A stretch of 64,000 nt of DNA. It comes from Chiloscyllium plagiosum (taxonomy: Eukaryota). Positions 52,319-63,032 of the stretch are shown here, piece after piece. Location: NCBI RefSeq assembly GCF_004010195.1, contig NC_057718.1, positions 40,938,023 to 41,002,022 on the forward strand. The letters run 5' to 3'. The notes beneath the pieces were generated by a model, which ran no database searches, was not told the origin of the DNA, and saw only the letters and a program-made list of their open reading frames with translations. Every line of letters begins with the position of its first letter. The stretch's first letter is position 1. A program made the translations under genes and the position numbers.

Positions 52319-52408
52319 AAAAATGTGTTGCTGGAAAAGCGCAGCAGGTCAGGCAGCATCCAAGGAGCAGGAGAATCGCCGTTTCGGGCATAAGCCCTTC
52401 TTCAGGAA
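52319..52408 (-). mobile_element. 90-bp hammerhead mini-element with 13-bp TSD
   Basis: TGTGTACAGCCTG at 52306-52318 and 52409-52421. Minus strand TTC-CTGAAGA-A-GGGC-TTAT-GCCC-GAAAC-GGC (cleavage triplet mutated). Confidence 0.9.
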
Positions 52409-53992
52409 TGTGTACAGCCTGCATAGTTTGACAGCCACAAGTCTAGAGGAGACATTGGTGACATATTATTCCACCTTTAATCACTTGCTGAAACTTTCAG
52501 AGTACTGATGTTGGATTTATCTCTAAATCATATCTTCATCTCTCCCCTTTCTCTGCTGGCAACTTCTCCTCCATTGAACATCTCACCTTATGTCAATTTT
52601 CATTTAATTAAAATCTCAACTAAAATCTTTTTCTCCCCCATCTCATTGTTTTCCTGAATAACCCCCCACTGATATACAAATCCCAGGAGACTCAGGAAAC
52701 TGTCAGGACTGGAGAAAAAGGTAAAGAGAGACATACAATAGGTACAAAAAGAACAAAACAACCGAGGTTCTGGTGAAGTATAAAGAGTGCAAGGGGAGCT
52801 CAAGATAGCAATTGGAACAGCAAAGAGGGGACATAAAAGAAAACACCAGTGGGCAAGATTATGGGGAATTCCAAGATATTCCACAAATATATCCAGGGGA
52901 AGAGAATAACCACAGAGAGTCAGACACATGAGGGGCAATCTGTGCATGAAGCCGTAGGATATTAGTGGAGTGTTAAATGAGTATGCCACATCGATCTGTA
53001 CTGAGGAGGAGGTCGCAAGTACAAAATTTGAAAAGATGGACTGTGAAGTTCTTGAGCAGATTGATATTGGAAGTGAGGAATTATTGGAGGTTTTGGCAGA
53101 TTTAAATTCTCACATCTGGATAGGTTGTATTCCAGACTGTTGTGAGATGATGAAAGAAATTACAGGGCTCCTGACCCAAATTTCTAACTCATCCCTGGCT
53201 ACAGTGGAGGTGCCAGAAGATTGGAGGACAGATAATGTGCTTCCACTTTACAAGAAGAATGGTAGAGATAAACCAAGGAACTATAGGTCAGTGCGCTTCA
53301 CATCAGTAATAGGAAGCTATCAGAGAAAGTAGCAAAGGATAAAATTAATCTCCATTTAGAGAAGTAGGGTTTATGGTCAGAAATAGTCAGCATGGTGTTT
53401 TTAGAGGGAGGGCATGTCTAACAAATCTAGTTGAAGTTTTCAAGGAAGTGTTCAAGTGTTTGGATGAGCATAGGCCAGTTGATGTCATTTCAGAAAGACC
53501 TTTGACAAGGTCCCACATGGAAAATTGATTTTAAAAATGTAAAGCTCATAACATCCAGGGTAAGTTGTCAGGTTGGATCTAAAATTAGCTTAGTTACAGG
53601 AGACAGAAGGTGTTGGTTGAAGGCTGTTTGTGTGATTGGAGGCCAGTGTCCAGTGACATTCCACAGCGACCAGTGCTGGATCCCTTAATGTTTATGATGT
53701 TCATAAATAATGTAGATGAGAATATAAGGGAGAATGATAAGCAAATTTACGGATGAAACAAGGATTAGCCGGGTGGCTGACTATAAAATGGAAGGTGTTA
53801 GGTAACAGAAGGATATATATTGGTCAGATGGACAGATCAATGGCAGATGGAATTTGATGTTGATAAATGTGAAGTGATGTTCCTTCTTCCAAAGTGCAAG
53901 ACATGGGAGTAGTCAGTGCATGACAGCACGCCAGGAAACTCAGAGGGATCTTGGAGTGTTTGTCTACAGATCCCTGAAGGTGGCAAAACAGG

Positions 53993-54652
53993 TGTGACAA
54001 TTCTGTGGCTTTAAGAGGTATGCTTTGTCCTGGTTTCTTTTCAAGAGAGATTGCAGGACAGGTAGTGAGCAGTCTATGAGAAGATAAACAACTTGTGAAG
54101 CCTTGAGATTTTTTTAAGTGGGAAGAATAGAGGTAGCCTAGATGGGTGTGGTCAAGCTCCCACACACAGAACCAGCATTCCGCAGTTCTGTTGGGGTCTT
54201 GAAGACATGGAAGGTATTTTTTTCCCTGTCAGCTGTTACTATTTTGGAACACATTCCTGACGAAGGGCTTATGTCAGAAATGTTGACTCTCCTGCTCCTC
54301 GGATGCTGCCTGACCTGCTGTGCTTTTCCAGCATCACACTTTTTGATTCTGATTGCCAGCATCTGCAGTCCTCAGTTTCTCCTACTATATTGGAACAGTT
54401 AATTAATAACAGTTACTGTATCTAATGTTCTGTCAAGGTTTCCAATAGAGTTTTTATTCCAATTTCGTCTTTTATTTATTGACGTTTAACTATAGTGGAT
54501 GTATAAGTGTGTTTTTCTTTAAATCCGGTAGTTTGACCAATCAAATTGCATCTGGGACACCTTGCCTTATATTTACCTTGAAAATAAGAAAAAAAGTTAG
54601 GGTCGAGACTATCTTTTGAATGTTTTGAAGGAGTTTGGTGTGGTCCATAACA
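53993..54652 (+). mobile_element. Solo LTR related to 23959-24569
   Basis: TGTGACAA...TTGAATGTTTTGAAGGAGTTTGGTGTGGTCCATAACA. Flanks CAGG/AAGG form a 4-bp TSD with one mismatch. Interrupts CR1. Confidence 0.8.
54252..54382 (+). mobile_element. 131-bp hammerhead mini-element with 15-bp TSD, nested in the LTR
   Basis: CATTC-CTGACGA-A-GGGC-TTAT-GTCA-GAAATGTT...CAGTTTCTCC. TACTATTTTGGAACA (54237-54251) / TACTATATTGGAACA (54383-54397). Confidence 0.88.
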
Positions 54653-55431
54653 AAGGTTAATTGGGGAGTTAGGTAAGAATACACAACACTTGCCTTTATC
54701 AGTTGTGGCATAGATAATAAGAGCAAAAAGAAGTCATGTTGGAGCTGTACAGAATTTTGGTTAGGCCAGAGCTGGAGTACGATATGCCGTCTGGTCTCCA
54801 CACCATAGGAAGAATGTGATTGCACTAGAGGGGGGTAGAAAAGAAATTCACCAGGATGTTACCTGGGGAGAACATTTCAGCTACAAGAGAGGATGGATAA
54901 GCTCAGGTTGTTTTCTTTAGAGCAGGGAAGGCTGAGGCTGAGGGGGGAACCTGATAGAAATGTAAAAGACGATGAACTGCATGGGCAGGGTGAATAGAAA
55001 GCAGCTGTTTCTCTTCGTTGAAAGGTTAATAATAAGGCGGCATAATTTTAAAGTGAAAGGATGTTTAGAGGGGATTTGAGCAAACGCTTTATCACACAGA
55101 GTGTGTTGGAGATCTGCAATGCACTGCCTGGAGGGTAGTTGAGGTGGGAAACTTTGCAATCTTTAAAAAGTACTTGCTTGAGCACTTGCAGTGTCATAAT
55201 ATTTAAGGCTGTGGTCCTAGTGTAGGAAAGTGGGACTAATATAAGTAGTAGTGTACTTTTAATAGTACAGATAGGCTGAAGGGCCACTTCTGTATCGTAT
55301 GATTCTAAGATTCAGCAATAACAGAAAACAGAGTTTTCTCTCCAAAAGGAGTAAATATTCATTATTTCCAGATTAATGGAAGAAATTGTTTTATTTGCAT
55401 AAAACGTTTGTGTAACTAGTTTTTTAAAAAG

Positions 55432-57065
55432 TCTTTTTTGGGACGTGAATGTCACTGACAAGGCCAGCATTGATTGCCTCTTCCTAGTTTCCCTTGAGGG
55501 AGTTTTGATAAGTTACCTTCTTGCACCATGTGGCATGGGCATACATTGTTGGCAACAGAGTTCCAGGCTTTTGGCACAATTATAGTGAATCTATGGCAAT
55601 ACAATTCAAAATCAGGATGGTGTGTGCCTTAGAAAGGAGTTTGCAGGTAATTGTCTTTCCTTACATCTGCTGCTCTTGTCTTATAAGGTGGTCTTTTTAG
55701 ATTACTTACAGTGTGGAAATAGGCCCTTCGGCCCAACAAGTCCACACCAACCCTCCAAAGAAGCAACCCACCAGACTCATTCCCCTACATTTACCCTTCA
55801 CCTAACACTATAGGCAATTTAGCATGGCCAATTCACCTAAACTGCACATTTTTAGACTGTGGGAGGAAACCGGAGCACCTGGAGAAAACCCACGCAGACA
55901 CGGGGAGAATGTGCCAACTCCACACAGACAGTTGCCTGAGGCGGGAATTGAATCCGGGTCTCTGGTGCTGTGAGGCAGCAGCGCTAACCACTGTGCCACC
56001 ATGCCACCGTAAAGAGCATAAATTTGACAAATGCAGTTGTAGGAGGTTTGGTGAGCTGCTGTAGTGCATCTTATAGATGGTACACACTGTGCCACTGTGC
56101 ATGATCATAGTGGGATGAATATTTAAGGTGCTGGTCTTGACCTGATAGTATTAGCTTCTTGAGCATTGCTGGAGCTGCCCTCATGTAGTACAGGTACACA
56201 GCACTGCATCAAACGTCTTGCTTTGTAGATGGTAAACAGATTTTTGGAGTCAGGTGCTGAGTTACTAGCTACAGATTCCCCAGCCTCTGACCAGCTACTG
56301 TAAGCCCCATTATACATATGGCTGGCCCAGTTAAACTTTGGGTCAATCTTGACTTCCAGGAGAGGCATTCAGCAATGGTAAAGCTTTTGGACATTATGGG
56401 GAGATCATTAGATTTTCTTTTGTTGGAGATGGTCATTGCCTGACATGTATGGCATGAATGTTATTTACTACTTAACAAGTTAAGCCTGAATGTTTTTCCA
56501 TGGCATAGCCCAGTTTAGTAACTAAGTTGCGAATGGTACTGACTGCTGTACACTCCTCATTGATCTTTTGACCTGAGAATGGAGCAAAACTCAATGGTGA
56601 AACAGGTGAAGATGATTGGGCCTAGCACAGGACCTTGAGGAATTCCTGCCATAATATCCAGGGGCTGAGATGATTGGTTTTTAACAAACACAATCATTGT
56701 CCTTTGTACTGGGTATGACTCCAACCAGCGGAGAGGTCTTTCCATGTATTCCCAATGACTTCAATATTGTTAGGATTCATTGATGCTCTACTTGGTCCGA
56801 TTCTGCCTTGATGTCAAGGACATCTACTTTCAGCTCACCTGTAGAGTTCAGCTCTTCTGTTCATATTTGGAGCAAGACTGTAATGACATCTGCAATGAAT
56901 GGTCTGGTTGAAACTGAGCAAATTAACCATCTGTGAGCAGGCTTGTGCTGTGTAGGTGCTACTTAATAATACTGACAGCGGCACCTTCCATCAGTTTGCT
57001 GGTGATGGAGAGTAAACTTATGGATGGGAATTGGCTGATTGAATCTCTTCTCCTGTTTGGGGACA
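55432..57065 (-). mobile_element. CR1-type family B LINE, RT to 3' end
   Basis: ORF 56557..56745(-) LRWLESYPVQRTMIVFV..QSS...AGIPQGPVLGPIIF, with tail GGGACGTGAATGTCACTGACAAGGCCAGCATT. Confidence 0.8.
55697..56009 (-). mobile_element. HE1-type SINE, full length
   Basis: TTAGATTACTTACAGTGTGG tail and minus-strand head GGCATGGTGGCACAGTGGTTAGCGC..GGATTCAATTCC. Confidence 0.92.
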
Positions 57066-57571
57066 GCATGAAATATGTGATATAAAATACTAAATGAAAC
57101 TTTCTAGCATCCCCTTCCATATATTCAACGATAAATATGCCATTTGCTTTATGTTTAAAAAATAGTCACAAAGTTTAAATGGGACGCAAATGTGGATAAA
57201 CGTTTTGTTGATAATAAAGAACATTAATGTTCATTCCTCTTGGATCAGATTTGAGAGTCATACGTAAATCAGATCTTAAGATCTGAGTAGTAATGGATAC
57301 ATTGTTTGTAAGATAAACCACAGGAAGAATATTCTCCTCTGAAAATAAATCAGCAGCATCGTCCACTCCGAATTCAAAACAACAAATTAATTTAAAAGGC
57401 TATTGGGTGGAGTGTTACCATGGACACTTATCTCAGTAAAACCTGACACAACTGCAGAAGAGGCCTCAAATAGTAAGAGCTGAAACTGTTTCTGAGCAGG
57501 AGGAGCATGCTGCTAGCATCTCCAACATTTTCCCTTAACGACCTTTGGCTTTGAGATGGGGGACAGTGTAC

Positions 57572-57778
57572 GGTTTTGGTTAGCTCAGTTGGCCAGATGA
57601 CCAATGTGCAGAATGAAACCAACAGTGAGGATTCAATCCTTGTATTGCCTATTGTAGTTTCTGGAGGCCTGCATCCTCACATTACTCCACACTTGTGGAG
57701 CACCTGCCTTCAAGCTACACAAACCTGATTGCCTCTATTTAATGGAGAAAAATGCTTATGACCTTTTGTGGACAATGA
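57572..57778 (+). mobile_element. Second tRNA-derived SINE family, old copy
   Basis: A-box TAGCTCAGTTGG and B-box GGATTCAATCC. Related minus-strand copy at 60420-60610. Confidence 0.55.
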
Positions 57779-57887
57779 CTCCATATATACCTATGAGAAA
57801 GTGAGGACTGCAGATACTGGAGATCAGAGCTGAAAAATTTGTTGCTGGAAAAGTGCAGCAGGGCAGGCAGCATCCAAGGAGAAGGAG

Positions 57888-57923
57888 AATCGACGTTTCG
57901 GGCATAAGCTCTTCTTCAGGAAT
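57888..57923 (-). ncRNA. Minimal hammerhead ribozyme motif, intact core
   Basis: Minus strand ATTC-CTGAAGA-A-GAGC-TTAT-GCCC-GAAAC-GTC-GATT, with one A-C mismatch in stem II. Confidence 0.65.
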
Positions 57924-58325
57924 GAGGAAGGTATGCCAAGCAGGCTAAGATAAAAGGTAGGGAGGAGGGACTTGGGGGAGGGGCATTAGGAATGCGATAG
58001 GTGGAAGGAGGTTAAGGTGAAGGTGATAGGCTGGAGAGGGGCTGGGGGCAGAGAGATCGGGAAGATGATTGCAGGTCAAGAAGGCGGTGCTGAGTCCGTG
58101 GGTTGGGACTGAGATAAGGTGGGGGGAGGGGAAATGAGGAAGCTGGAGAAATCTCTCAGCACCGCCTTCTTGACCTGCAATCTTCTTCCCGACCTCTCCG
58201 CCCCCACCCCCTCTCCGGCCTATCACCCTCACTTTAACCTCCTTCCACCTATCGCATTCCCAACACCCCTCACCCAAGTCCCTCCTCCCTACCTTTTATC
58301 TTAGCCTGCTTGGCATACCATCCTC

Positions 58326-58361
58326 ATTCCTGAAGAAGAGCTTATGCCCGAAACGTCGATT
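58326..58361 (+). ncRNA. Minimal hammerhead ribozyme motif, intact core
   Basis: ATTC-CTGAAGA(58330-58336)-A-GAGC-TTAT-GCCC-GAAAC-GTC(58355-58357)-GATT, identical to the opposite arm. Confidence 0.65.
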
Positions 58362-58554
58362 CTCCTGCTCCTTGGATGCTGCCTGACTGCTGCGCTTTTC
58401 CAGCAACACATTTTTCAGCTCCATATATACCTATCTTTTGCCTAGCCACGGATTCTATCTGGCAACTCAATAATGGATTGTCCATGGACTGCTGGAGAAA
58501 GGTGTGATATGTCATATATAATTTTCACAAGTTCAGACCTTAACATTTTTAAAA

Positions 58555-60078
58555 AATATATTTTTATTTAAATTTTTTTTTAAATATTGCAACAAATACA
58601 AAACAATACAATTTTAAAAAATACAAAGAAAGAACACAAGAAGAAATTTATAAAACCCAAACTGCCCTTAGGCACAAATGTATTAATATATATAAAAACC
58701 CAAATAACCATTTAACTAAATAAATAATAACTAACAACAAACCAATAAATAATAATAATACAGCTCAGCAAAACAAAACACTAACTCTCGAATATCGAGA
58801 GCAGTAATTTTCACATATTCATATGTTTGCAGTTTTCCCTCTCTGCTTATTGAACTCATAAAGCACAATCGTTATGGCTATATTGAAAGCCCTTCATAGT
58901 GTGGCAGACAAATCTGTTTTCAAGTAGCCCAAAAAGGGCCATCATCTCTTATAGAAATTCTCAGTTTTGCAGTGTACCATAATTGTAAGAAAATCCATGG
59001 GGATATGCTCCATAATAACCTTACTCCAAACCAACAGGCCTGGGGGAGTTTTGGACACCCAATCTAACAACATATTCTTTCTTGTGCAGAAATTCAGCAC
59101 ATTGAAAAGTGTTTTCTCATGCGCATCTACAGGACATACACTGGGCAGGCCAAGAAGAAGAGAAATTGGGTCTTTGTCCACCCTTGCACCCAAAATCCCC
59201 TTCATTTCACCCACCACAATGCTCCAGTATATTTGAAGCCTACCACAGGACCAGAGACAATGGGTAAGAGTGCCCGTACTAACTTTACACTTGGGGCATG
59301 TTGAAGAAACCCCTGGTTTAAATTTCGACAAATGATCCAGAGCCAAGTGGACACTGTGGGGAATCTTTAACTGTAAAGCATGGGTCCTATTGCAAATTAA
59401 TATCTTTCTTGCATTTTCCCAAATATCTTCCCATGCCGCTGAGGAGATCTCAATGACTAGCTCTCTCTCCCACACCCTACAAAGTCGATCAAACTCATCT
59501 GAGGAGCCCCCCCAACCCCTGCTTGATGATATAAAGTGCTGACAGAAAGTGTACTCTGAGCACCAAGCACCCTCCTCTCTATGTCGGATTTGCAAGGATC
59601 AATCAAAAGTATAGCCTTTTTTTTGAATAACATTCCTAATTTGGAAAAAACGAGAGGTTCTTCCGAGATAGCTCGTATTTCCGTGCTAACTGATCAGAAG
59701 GCATCATTGTGTCTCCCTCAAATAAATCACCCATGCAAAACACACCCCTAGCTGCCCAATGTTTGAATCCTGAATCCATCAACCTTGGTTGAAAGCCCCA
59801 GCATACCCACTATAGGCGTAAGAAAAGATGTTTTGCCAATATTGCCTTCCCTCTGCCGAATTGCCCTCCATTCTTTAACAGTATCGGTAACTATTGGGTT
59901 ATGGCAATATTTCTTAACTGTCCTCATTTTGTCCAAAAACAGCAAACTGCTAAAGGGGCACTTTGCCTGAGAGGTTTCGATATCTAACCATATTGAAATA
60001 GGGTCCCCACAAGCCCAATCACTCACATAAAAGTGAGCTTAGTTGATCGTTTTTAATGTCCAGGAGATCCACTCCCCA
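58555..60078 (-). mobile_element. L1/Tx1-clade LINE 3' end
   Basis: ORF 58942..59595(-) WERELVIEISSAAWEDIW...CPKCKVSTGTLTHCLWSC (CCHC zinc knuckle of L1 ORF2). T-rich 3' UTR and A-rich tail on the minus strand near 58560-58580. Confidence 0.9.
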
Positions 60079-60419
60079 CTAAAATTATTTAACATTCGAC
60101 CAGTAATATCAGGTAATGAGGAGAATGTGGGTCATGATCCAACCACACTAATAACTCATAATTTCCAGAAAAATTCAGCCTATCTCCACTCAAATTAAGG
60201 TGTGGAATATTTTACCTGTTGTGGTTTGAATCAGTATAATTTGCTCTATTATACTGACAGACAAGTTATTAACCTGGTAGGTTGCAGTAAGATTAAAGAA
60301 AATTTGAGAAATAATTTTCCGGTGCCTAGATTGTACATGGACATCATTATAAATCTATTTATAACCTTTGACAATGCAGGCGTGGTGGTAGCAGTGACCA
60401 CAAAGGTTAACAAAAATGT

Positions 60420-60610
60420 AAAATTGTCATTGTGCTGTTCGTCATTAGGGAGAGACAGTTGGTAATGGTTTAACCTTTGGGTCAGCATGCCTCAAGCAAA
60501 GAGAGAGATTAAGAAAGCGACCCCTTTCTGGTAACCTCAGTCAGTGTAGGAATCATGCTGTTAGCCATCTCTCTGCATCGCAAACCAGTCATCTTACCTA
60601 GCTGGCCCCC
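60420..60610 (-). mobile_element. Second tRNA-derived SINE family, old copy
   Basis: Minus strand GATGACTGGTTTGCGATGCAGAGAGATGGCTAACAGCA..CTGAGGTTACCA..GGTTAAACCA..CTCTCCCTAATGA resembles 57572-57778. Confidence 0.5.
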
Positions 60611-60859
60611 AAAGTTTAACAGAATACAATATAGCGTTGCCGCCTGGAATGTTCAACATCTGTTCTGGTAAGAGCAAACTATTGATTGACAGACTTTAAT
60701 TAATAATAATATACAGTGCATAGGCAAGTTTCATATTTTTGATCCTTTTTCCAGAGAAGAAATTTGGAAAAAAAAGCGTAATAATATTACTGAAATAAGT
60801 AAAATGTAAACCATTCAGTTAAAAGTACACCTAGACTCCAGATGCTAAGTAGTTGTTTT

Positions 60860-61115
60860 CCCATTGACTTCGGTCTTGCTAAAGCTCCTTAGTGCCACAC
60901 TCAGTTTAACACTGCCTTCATGTGAAGGGCAGTTACTCTCCCTGGTGTCTTGAGTTGGGCTCTTTTGTCAATATTTGGAGCAAGTCTGTAATGACGACTG
61001 GATTGAGTGATGCTGCTGGAAATTTGGCAACTTAACCATCTGTGAAAAGTTATTGCAATGTAAGTGCTGCTTGATTACACTGTCAGTGATACCTTCAACC
61101 AGTTTGCTGATGGCT
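60860..61115 (-). mobile_element. CR1-type family B fragment
   Basis: ATATTTGGAGCAAGTCTGTAATGAC...ACCTTCAACCAGTTTGCTGATGG matches 56863-57008. Confidence 0.7.
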
Positions 61116-61344
61116 AAATATTAAGCAATTTGATAACTTTTCTGAATAATCAGAACATTTCACAAACCTCTCAGGTAAAACAGCAATTTAGTATGCTGTA
61201 CTCAACATAAGAACTAAGAGCAGGGGTAGGAAAGTCAGCCCCTTGAGCCTGTTCCACCATTTGATACAATCATAGCTGATGTCATCTTGGTCTCTCCTCC
61301 ACTTTCCTGCCTGGTCTCCTAATCCATGTGTTGCCTGGGATAGA

Positions 61345-61880
61345 GACCCATCAACATTTGGGAGATCAAACACAATTTGGAAAATTGCTTTGCTGAACTA
61401 CATTGAGTCTGTAAGGATGACTTCAAAGACTGACCCCTTATCCCTTTGATTCTTCACCCGACTGTGAATTCACTGTCTTTGTTGTCCTACCCTGTTCCAA
61501 TGAAGTTCAACAGAAGTTTAATGAACAGCATCATATTTTTCAATGAGGTACTTTACAACCATCTGCATTCAGTATTGTACTTAGTAATCTGAGATCATAA
61601 TCAAAACTCCTATTTTTTGGTGCTGGTAATGATTCTGCTGTTCCAACTTATATTTTGTTTCTTTACTAGTTCATTACCAACCTCTTTTGCCTTATATCTT
61701 TCATACCTTTCTCCATTTAATCACGCTGCCCTCCAAAATATTTTAGACCTCTTGACCCTATTCATTCCTTCTGTTTTCCACCACCCCACATTATTTTCCC
61801 CAGCACTGACCTTGCCCATAAACTGTTAAGTCTCCAACATCTTTTTCCAGTTACCATGAAAAATGATTGATGTGAGCTGT
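61345..61880 (+). mobile_element. Old PLE: GIY-YIG relic and 3' UTR
   Basis: I.EIKHNLENCFAE (IGETxRxLxxRFxEH-like), then LPCSNEVQQKFNEQHHIFQ*GTLQPSAFSIVLSNLRS* at ~61487-61600. Confidence 0.7.
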
Positions 61881-62649
61881 TGGGGGTAATTCTATCCTCA
61901 CGAACCTGTCCCAACCTGACCTCTTCCAGTTTTAGTGGGACAGGCAATTAGCTAGCTTCCTTAAGCATGTAATTGTTACAATGAGGCTATGTGTCTGATA
62001 TTTAACCTATCTTTCAGGTTTAACCCCAGCAGCTATGGGAAATGAGGCCTACTTTGTGGAAGATAGTTCTTTTCAGCATAGTTTGTGGGTCAAAAAGTGT
62101 TTCCTACTGGACCAATAATCTACCCTTCTTCCTTTCATATCCACCAGTTTCCAGGAGATTTAACAATGTCTTCACCTCCCTCCCCACCCCCTCCCAACAA
62201 TCATGCTTTCCCCACTCTGGGCCAAGACCAAGACTTGGAGATTACACCCCCTCAACATGACTTTAGATTGATTTCCCCTCCAGGCATCAATGCCCAATTC
62301 CACTTGTGATGAGATTATACCGTCCCTGAAGATCCAGGTATACACTCCCTCCAGCCCAGCTACATCTCCCTAGCAATCTTGGATTTTGTCCTCCTCCAGA
62401 GCATTGCCTTTCTCAAAAGGAAGCCACGATTGTCAATTTGGCTGGCTTTGAGATGGGTAACATGCTTGAAAGGAAAGACTATGTATTGTAAAGTCAAATG
62501 ACTAATAGTTGACAAAGATTACACACTGATGTAGAAAAACATGGCATGTTATTTAGTTTGTATCATGAAGGTAAGTTGTACTGATTGAATTAAGTGAACT
62601 GGTCATAACTATTTCTCTGTATGCCACCTCAGTAAAATAAAACAATTAA

Positions 62650-62960
62650 GTAGGAACATAGAAACAGGAATGGTCTATTCAGCTTTTCGAGCCTGTTCCA
62701 TCATTCAATGAAATCAAATGGTTGATCTGTTGCCTAACTTCAAAGGCCTGCCTTTGAACTATATCTTTTAATACCTTTGTTTAACAAAAGATTATCTATC
62801 TCTCAGATTTAAATTAATAACTGATCCAAACTCCACTGCCATTTATGGAAGGGAATTCCAAGCATCTGCCATCCCTATGTTTCTTAAAATCTCTCCCGAA
62901 CGGTCTGGCCCTAATTTTTGGAATCCCAACTAATGTAAATAGTTTGTTTACCTTGTTTTT
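62650..62960 (-). mobile_element. CR1 3' end
   Basis: GGAACATAGAAACAGGAATGGTCTATTCAGC..GAGCCTGTTCCATCATTCAATG tail. A shorter similar tail lies at 61205-61325. Confidence 0.7.
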
Positions 62961-63032
62961 TTCCTGTTATGATTCCTGTAAATCCATACTGTTTCTATGT
63001 TTGTTTAGTTCATATCCCAAGTGATATAAAAA

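Larger units (their letters stand above)
52715..55310 (+). mobile_element. CR1 LINE split by a solo LTR
   Basis: VPEDWRTDNVLPLYKKNGRDKPRNYRSV (ORF 52970..53332), LYRILVRPELEY after the LTR, and a 3' tail GGCTGAAGGGCC..CTGTATCGTATGATTCT. Confidence 0.88.
57795..58418. mobile_element. Young head-to-head PLE insertion (two pLTR-like arms) with 16-bp TSD
   Basis: Arms ~57828-58094 and 58155-58420 are near-identical inverted repeats around a 60-nt spacer. CTCCATATATACCTAT at 57779-57794 and 58419-58434. The spacer reads DFSSFLISPPPT on the minus strand, like a PLE ORF end. Confidence 0.93.

Noticed and set aside
58942..59595. Longest ORF (217 aa) as a host gene
   Set aside because: It is the C-terminal zinc-knuckle region of a 5'-truncated, frameshifted L1-clade ORF2.
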